NCBI RefSeq assembly: GCF_000332155.1
Contig: NZ_KB235903.1
Coordinates: 715,156 to 779,155, forward strand
DNA: 64,000 bases
Direction of reading: 5' to 3'
From: Kamptonema formosum PCC 6407
Lineage (GTDB): Bacteria > Cyanobacteriota > Cyanobacteriia > Cyanobacteriales > Microcoleaceae
The notes below the pieces were generated by a model. That model was not told the DNA's origin. It ran no database searches and was given only the letters and a program-made list of their open reading frames with translations. Positions within the stretch are counted from its first letter, which is position 1. Every line of letters starts with the position of its first letter. Of this stretch, positions 58,293-64,000 are shown piece after piece. A program made the position numbers and the translations under genes.

Positions 58293-61133
58293 ATGCCCCA
58301 TCCTCAAACTATGCCTTCAAATTCTCCGTTAGCTTGGCACAGCCTAGAAATTGACAAAACCCTGCAACAGCTAAGCAGCGACCCCGACACTGGTCTGAGC
58401 GCTCAAGAGGTGTCACAACGCTTGCAGCAATACGGCCCGAACGAACTCGAAGAGATAGCAGGGCGTAGCCCTTTGTCGATTTTTATCGACCAGTTCACCA
58501 ACATTATGCTGTTGATGCTGATGGGCGTGGCTGTAGTTTCGGCTATTTTGGACATCAGAAGTAACAGTTTCCCCAAAGACGCGATCGCGATTTTTGCCAT
58601 AGTCGTCCTTAACGGTATCTTGGGCTATCTCCAAGAAAGCGGTGCCGAAAAAGCCCTCGCTGCCCTCAAAAACCTAGCTTCTCCCCTAGTGCGAGTAGTG
58701 CGCGATCGCAAAATTTCGGAAATTACCGCCAAAGAACTCGTACCGGGAGACATCATGCTGCTGGAAGCCGGGGTAAAAGTAGCAGCCGATGGCCGTCTGA
58801 TCGAAGCATCCAACTTGCAAGTTAGAGAATCGGCCCTCACAGGGGAAGCTGTACCAGTCACCAAACAAGCTGGGGTAGAACTCAAAGAAGATACATCTTT
58901 AGGCGATCGCATCAACTTAATTTTTCAAGGCACAGAAGTAGTCCAAGGCAGGGCAAAGGCGATCGTCACCGGCACCGCAATGGATACGGAACTGGGTAAA
59001 ATTGCCGCCCTTCTCCAGTCCGTAGAAAGCGAACCAACACCGCTACAACAGCGGATGACTCAGCTAGGAAACGTTCTAGTCTCAGGAGCCCTGGGCTTAG
59101 TTGCCATCGTCGTCATTGGCGGAATGCTCAAATTTGATGGCGGCGGGCTGGGGTTCGATACCAGTAGATTTGAAGAACTGCTAGAAGTCTCCCTAAGTAT
59201 GGCAGTGGCCGTCGTTCCCGAAGGTCTATCAGCCGTAGTCACAGTCACTCTGGCACTAGGAACTAGGCGGATGGTCAAGCGTAACGCCCTAATCCGCAAA
59301 CTGCCAGCAGTAGAAACTTTAGGTTCCGTCACCACGATTTGTTCCGACAAAACCGGTACCCTGACTCAAAATAAGATGGTAGTTCAGGGAGTCAATACCG
59401 CCAGCTACAGGGCGGCCCTGACTGGGGAAGGCTATGCCCCCATCGGCGAGTTCATGGATAGCGCCTCTAACAAAATTGAGAATTTAGAAGAATATCCCGA
59501 ACTCGAATCTATACTCGTCGCCTGTGCAGTCTGTAATGATGCAGTATTGCAGCAAGAAAAGGGCGAATGGATAATTTTAGGCGACCCCACAGAAGGAGCT
59601 CTACTTTCCTTGGCGGGAAAAGCCGGGATTTACAGGGAACAGCAAGCTAGAGTTTTACCTCGCGTGGCAGAGTTCCCCTTCTCCTCGGAACGCAAGCGGA
59701 TGAGCGTGATTTGCGAAATGCCAGGACATGGAGGGAAATGGGCTGTACCTCTGGAAAATGAGGAAGAGGCAAATTATTTAATGTTTACCAAGGGCTCTCC
59801 AGAATTGATTTTGGAGCGCTGTAAATCTATTGTCACGGGCGATCGCGCCGATTTTCTCACTGATGAAGTTCGCACCAGCATCCTAGAGCAAAATAATGAC
59901 ATGGCAAGTCGCGGCCTGCGCGTACTTGGTTTGGCTTATAAATCTTGGGAAAGCTTGCCGTCAGAAGCTTCTGAAGAAACTAGCGAGACAGAGATGGTTT
60001 GGCTAGGGCTGGTGTGTATGCTAGACGCACCTCGACCAGAAGTAAGGGACGCAGTGGCAAAGTGTCGCGACGGTGGTATCCGCGCCGTGATGATTACAGG
60101 CGATCACCAGTTAACGGCAAAGGCGATCGCGATCGATTTAGGAATTGCCCAAGCAGGCGATCGCGTCCTCACCGGTCAAGAATTAGAAAGGCTCAGTCAA
60201 GAAGAACTCAAGGAGTTAGTTAGTAGCGTCAGCGTCTACGCCCGTGTCTCCCCAGAACACAAACTGCGAATAGTTAAAGCCTTGCAAAGTCTAGGCAAAT
60301 TTGTCGCCATGACAGGGGACGGCGTAAATGACGCTCCCGCCCTCAAGCAAGCAGATATCGGTATTGCAATGGGTATTACCGGCACCGATGTCAGCAAGGA
60401 AGCTAGCGATATGGTGCTGATCGATGACAACTTTGCCACCATTGTCGCCGCCGCTGAGGAAGGGCGAGTTGTTTACACCAATATTCGCCGCTTTATTAAG
60501 TACATTTTGGGTAGCAACATTGGCGAAGTTTTGACAATTGCAGCCGCTCCTTTAATAGGTTTGGGAGGAGTTCCCCTCTCGCCTTTACAAATTTTGTGGA
60601 TGAATTTAGTTACAGATGGCGTTCCTGCTTTAGCTTTGGCAGTGGAACCAGCGGAGCCAAATGTAATGAAGCGACCTCCTTTTAGCCCCCGCGAAAGTAT
60701 TTTTGCCAGAGGGTTAGGTCTATATATGGTTCGCATCGGGATTGTTTTTGCAATTATCACGATCGCGATGATGGCTTGGGCTTATAGCTTTACTCACGCT
60801 CCTGAGTATACGGGCGATCGAGACACTTGGAAGACGATGGTGTTTACAACTCTCTGTTTAGCTCAGATGGGACACGCGATCGCGATTCGCTCTAATACTC
60901 AACTAACCATTGAGTTAAACCCGATGACTAATCTCTTTGTTTGGGGAGCTGTAATTGTCACTACTATTTTGCAGCTAATGTTGATTTATGTTCCTTTCCT
61001 GAGAGACTTCTTCGGCACGCAGATTTTGAGTCCGATGGAACTTGCTATTTGCTTTGGTTTCAGTGCGTTGATGTTTGTTTGGATTGAAATGGAAAAGCTG
61101 TTTGTGCGCTTTTACCGTAAATCTCAGCATTAG
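58293..61133 (+). CDS. Cation-transporting P-type ATPase (type IIA, Ca2+-ATPase/PacL-like)
   Basis: CSDKTGTLT phosphorylation site, TGES-type [23 protein letters not shown]. Confidence 0.9.
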   Translation: MPHPQTMPSNSPLAWHSLEIDKTLQQLSSDPDTGLSAQEVSQRLQQYGPNELEEIAGRSPLSIFIDQFTNIMLLMLMGVAVVSAILDIRSNSFPKDAIAIFAIVVLNGILGYLQESGAEKALAALKNLASPLVRVVRDRKISEITAKELVPGDIMLLEAGVKVAADGRLIEASNLQVRESALTGEAVPVTKQAGVELKEDTSLGDRINLIFQGTEVVQGRAKAIVTGTAMDTELGKIAALLQSVESEPTPLQQRMTQLGNVLVSGALGLVAIVVIGGMLKFDGGGLGFDTSRFEELLEVSLSMAVAVVPEGLSAVVTVTLALGTRRMVKRNALIRKLPAVETLGSVTTICSDKTGTLTQNKMVVQGVNTASYRAALTGEGYAPIGEFMDSASNKIENLEEYPELESILVACAVCNDAVLQQEKGEWIILGDPTEGALLSLAGKAGIYREQQARVLPRVAEFPFSSERKRMSVICEMPGHGGKWAVPLENEEEANYLMFTKGSPELILERCKSIVTGDRADFLTDEVRTSILEQNNDMASRGLRVLGLAYKSWESLPSEASEETSETEMVWLGLVCMLDAPRPEVRDAVAKCRDGGIRAVMITGDHQLTAKAIAIDLGIAQAGDRVLTGQELERLSQEELKELVSSVSVYARVSPEHKLRIVKALQSLGKFVAMTGDGVNDAPALKQADIGIAMGITGTDVSKEASDMVLIDDNFATIVAAAEEGRVVYTNIRRFIKYILGSNIGEVLTIAAAPLIGLGGVPLSPLQILWMNLVTDGVPALALAVEPAEPNVMKRPPFSPRESIFARGLGLYMVRIGIVFAIITIAMMAWAYSFTHAPEYTGDRDTWKTMVFTTLCLAQMGHAIAIRSNTQLTIELNPMTNLFVWGAVIVTTILQLMLIYVPFLRDFFGTQILSPMELAICFGFSALMFVWIEMEKLFVRFYRKSQH

Positions 61134-61302
61134 GATTTGCTGGGTAGAAATACAATAAAGAATTAGTAGTTTGGGTGGAGCATAGCGAAACCCAACTCTA
61201 ATTAATTAAAAATTAAAAATTAGAATTTAAAAATTAACACCTAATAAATCAATAGCTATCAACCAACAACTATCAACTAACAACTAACAACTAACTATTC
61301 TG

Positions 61303-62490
61303 ATGTATTTGAGAAGTATCCACCTCCGACAGTTTCGCAACTACCGAGATCAGAAGGTAATATTTGATGCTCCTAAAACAATTTTGGTTGGCAATAATGC
61401 TCAAGGAAAATCTAATTTATTAGAAGCAGTAGAGTTGCTTTCAACTCTCAAAAGCCATAGAGCAACACGCGATCGCGATTTAATCCTTGACGCTAAACCC
61501 ATAGGGCAAATTGATGCTAGCTTAGAACGGCAAACTGGGATAATTGATTTAACTTTAACCCTTCGCAATCAGGGAAGGCGCACTGTTGGACTCAACGGCG
61601 AACCTCTGCGTCGGCATTTAGACTTTTTGAGCGTACTCAATACAGTACAGTTTTCGAGTTTAGACTTAGATTTAGTGCGAGGTAGCCCAGAACATCGGCG
61701 GGACTGGATCGATCGCTTAGTCACGCAATTAGAACCTGTCTATGCTCACATTTTACAGCAATATAACCAAATTCTGCGGCAGCGAAATGCTTTTTTGAGG
61801 CGAGAGAAAGAGCAAGCGAACAAAGGAGAATTACCAACCACCAATTACCAATCACCAATTACTAATTACCAATCACCAATTACCAATTCCGAATTAGCTT
61901 TATGGGATGCACAATTAGCAACTGCGGGAGCTCGTGTTATCCGCAGACGCGATCGCGTTTTAGAGCGGTTAATCCCTTTAGCTCAAAGTTGGCATCGCTC
62001 AATTAGTGGTAGTATGGAGGTTTTAGATGTTAAGTACATACCTAATGTAGAAGTAATCCAAGAATTAATTGCTCGCGATCGTCTTGAAGGAGTACGTCAA
62101 GCTTTTTTAGATAAAATTAGGGAAAGAGCGATCGCCGAATATTACCAAGGTACTACCTTAGTCGGCCCTCACCGAGATGATATTTCTTTTACTATTAATA
62201 ATACTCCTGCTCGTCAATACGGTTCCCAAGGTCAGCAGCGCACTCTAGTATTAGCATTAAAATTAGCCGAATTACAACTCATTGAAGAAGTTGTTGGCGA
62301 ACCTCCCCTATTATTGCTTGACGATGTACTTGCAGAACTAGATCTCAATCGCCAAAATCAACTTTTAGAGACTATTCAAGAGCGATTTCAAACTCTAATT
62401 ACTACTACCCATTTAGGTGCTTTTGATGCCCAGTGGTTGCAGCAAACCCAAATTTTATCAGTCCAAGCTGGACAAATCACTCAAATTTAA
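61303..62490 (+). CDS. recF: DNA replication and repair protein RecF
   Basis: Walker [14 protein letters not shown], signature [16 protein letters not shown], Walker [13 protein letters not shown]. Confidence 0.9.
   Translation: MYLRSIHLRQFRNYRDQKVIFDAPKTILVGNNAQGKSNLLEAVELLSTLKSHRATRDRDLILDAKPIGQIDASLERQTGIIDLTLTLRNQGRRTVGLNGEPLRRHLDFLSVLNTVQFSSLDLDLVRGSPEHRRDWIDRLVTQLEPVYAHILQQYNQILRQRNAFLRREKEQANKGELPTTNYQSPITNYQSPITNSELALWDAQLATAGARVIRRRDRVLERLIPLAQSWHRSISGSMEVLDVKYIPNVEVIQELIARDRLEGVRQAFLDKIRERAIAEYYQGTTLVGPHRDDISFTINNTPARQYGSQGQQRTLVLALKLAELQLIEEVVGEPPLLLLDDVLAELDLNRQNQLLETIQERFQTLITTTHLGAFDAQWLQQTQILSVQAGQITQI
61831..61890 (+). repeat. CCAATTA-type heptamer repeat inside the recF reading frame
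   Basis: ttaccaaccaccaattaccaatcaccaattactaattaccaatcaccaattaccaattcc encodes [20 protein letters not shown]. Confidence 0.85.
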
Positions 62491-62660
62491 AGTTTATATT
62501 TAAGATTGTAGATTGACAGATTAAATATTTAATGGTATGTCCAGATAATTTGATAGTAATTTAGTTCTGCGATCCCCAAATCAAGATAGGATGAAAGTTA
62601 AATTTAATTACGGATTTTCCGTTCCATTTCTAATGAGTCTTGTCAGGAACTCAGGGCTCA

Positions 62661-62728
62661 AGCCACTGAGCTTGTAAGAAGTTGCAAGCTATTCTGACCA
62701 GCCTAAGCCTTAAGTGGCTACGTTTTTT
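62661..62728 (+). terminator. Intrinsic-terminator-like structure with T6 tail
   Basis: The outer stem is agccact (62661-62667) / agtggct (62713-62719). The inner stem is agcttg/caagct, followed by acgTTTTTTg. Confidence 0.45.
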
Positions 62729-63042
62729 GAGTCACGACACCGGCGAATGCGAAGCTAGTTTTCCGCTCTGTCATCTGCAATTAAACAGTTTTAAAGTCAC
62801 TGAAACAGTGTTGCAGGTTTAACAAGCTCTTAAAACATTGGCGAAGCTAACATCACCCCGCAAGGGAGGCTCGAAAGAGCAAAACATTATGCGTACAGGA
62901 TTGCGAGGTTTGAGATGGTAATTGTCCCATCGAAAGTACATTACAAAAGTACACCAAGCTAAACAATCCCAAGGCGGTAATGGACAAAAAAGATTCACGG
63001 TGGTTAAAACCACCGTGTCGTTTCCCACATACCGAGTTTTTT

Positions 63043-63441
63043 ATGAAGCACTATGTTTCCCGCCTGCTAGCCTTGGTTTTGGTGGTTGTCATCGGCTTAA
63101 TCGGCTGTTCCAATGTCCCGTCCACTCTGACTGGAGATTATCGCCAAGACACATTAGGATTAGTCAACAGTTTGAGAACAGCGATCGCCTTACCAGACAA
63201 TTCCCCAGATAAGGCCCCCGCTCAAGCAGATGCGCGTCAAAAAATCAATGATTTTGCCGCTACTTACCGCCGGGATGGAACGCTGACCAAGCTTACATCC
63301 TTTACAACAATGCGAACAGCATTGAATTCTTTAGCTGGACATTACAGTTCCTATCCCAACCGTCCTCTGCCGGACAAATTGAAGAAGCGCCTAGAATCCG
63401 AATTTCAGCAGGTAGAAGCTGCATTGAAGCGAGGAGCTTGA
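63043..63441 (+). CDS. psb27: Photosystem II assembly lipoprotein Psb27
   Basis: Lipobox LIGCSN, then TGDYRQDTL..V..LR and ALNSLAGHYSSYPNRPLPDKLKKRL. Confidence 0.85.
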   Translation: MKHYVSRLLALVLVVVIGLIGCSNVPSTLTGDYRQDTLGLVNSLRTAIALPDNSPDKAPAQADARQKINDFAATYRRDGTLTKLTSFTTMRTALNSLAGHYSSYPNRPLPDKLKKRLESEFQQVEAALKRGA

Positions 63442-63666
63442 GCGATCGAGGAAATTTGAAGGATGAAGTTTGGGGCAGAAATTAAGTATTTTCAGGCTTC
63501 ATCCTTCACATTTAAGGACTTTCACAGGAAAGTCCTAGTCATTTTTACGCCCGTTCTCCAAGGGCGTTTTTTAAGTGTGCGATAATGCTGAAAAGTTTGG
63601 CAGGGTGCTGAATAACTATTGAATCCTGTCCTTTTACTCCCTTGCGAGCCATCTTCTGATTGCCTT

Positions 63667-64000
63667 ATGAAATTTGCCTTAACTCGGAACACCACGCCTC
63701 AACGCCAGCGGCAGATATTGAGCGCGGTTGCTGCGATTTTAACCAGTAGCCTTTTCCACCCCTTCATCCTCAACAAACCCGCTCAAGCGGAAACTTTAAG
63801 CTACTGTAAGTTATCACCAAATGATGTTCAGCAAAAAGAAAATTTACGCCAAGAAGCATTAACAGGAAAGCCAGAAGCTCAGCAAGCCTATTTTTCGATT
63901 TTGGCTGAACACGCACGACAAATGACAGAGTGCCGCACTAGAACTTGGCCGCAAACTCAGGCAATTTGGTTGCGTTTATATCCCTGCGATGCGAGGCCCG
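63667..64000 (+). CDS. Partial ORF (5' part) encoding a signal-peptide protein; runs off the window
   Basis: The ATG at 63667 opens a frame that stays open to 64000: MKFALTRNTTPQRQRQILSAVAAILTSSLF...AQAETLSYCKL. Confidence 0.3.
   Translation, partial: MKFALTRNTTPQRQRQILSAVAAILTSSLFHPFILNKPAQAETLSYCKLSPNDVQQKENLRQEALTGKPEAQQAYFSILAEHARQMTECRTRTWPQTQAIWLRLYPCDARP

Noticed and set aside
62819-63212. ORFs at 62819-63028 (-) and 62922-63212 (+), and the long 62980 start for psb27
   Set aside because: They overlap the psb27 leader and signal-peptide region in other frames. Psb27 is best explained by the ATG at 63043, which directly precedes the lipoprotein signal peptide.

Overview
This window is a cyanobacterial chromosome segment. 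The evidence is very frequent GCGATCGC (HIP1) octamers, heptamer tandem repeats in many intergenic spacers, a phycocyanin operon and psb27. All protein calls come from reading the supplied translations for family motifs I recognise; no database search was run.

Layout:
- (1) About 1.5-20.2 kb holds a major nitrogen-fixation cluster. cysE(nifP)-nifZ-nifT lie on the minus strand. They diverge from nifB-nifS-nifU-nifH-nifD-nifK-(Mo-nitrogenase C-terminal-domain ORF)-nifE-nifN-nifX-DUF269-hesA-hesB-fdxH-fdxB-methyltransferase-small ORF on the plus strand, and mop on the minus strand closes the cluster. The 1.2 kb ORF-free cysE/nifB divergent spacer carries a large mirror-symmetric set of GTACTCA-containing motifs.
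- (2) 21-24.7 kb encodes an 800-aa fusion of a calmodulin-like four-EF-hand module with an Erv1/ALR-type CxxC sulfhydryl-oxidase-like domain, followed by sulfiredoxin and Dps.
- (3) 25-28 kb encodes an HTH/GrpE-like protein and an RsbV/RsbW/response-regulator-PP2C partner-switching set.
- (4) 28-35 kb encodes DUF1350, a PEP-CTERM protein, a flotillin-like SPFH protein, DUF2470 and a Ycf46-like AAA+ ATPase.
- (5) 36.2-40.2 kb is the most interesting locus. It is a tight three-gene operon: LuxR-HTH/TIR-like/P-loop STAND-like ATPase, a second paralogous P-loop ATPase, and an orphan Cas6-like RAMP protein. I could see no CRISPR array or other cas gene anywhere in the window. An Rpn/PD-(D/E)xK transposase-like gene follows.
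- (6) 42.5-49.3 kb is a cluster of four two-component genes.
- (7) 49.4-51.4 kb is an AT-rich orphan two-gene cassette of membrane-anchored unknowns, next to a perfect 18-bp GC-rich hairpin.
- (8) 52-56.7 kb is cpcBACDEF on the minus strand.
- (9) The rest holds a P-type ATPase, recF (carrying an in-frame heptamer-repeat insertion), psb27 and a partial ORF.

I recognised no rRNA, tRNA or CRISPR array.
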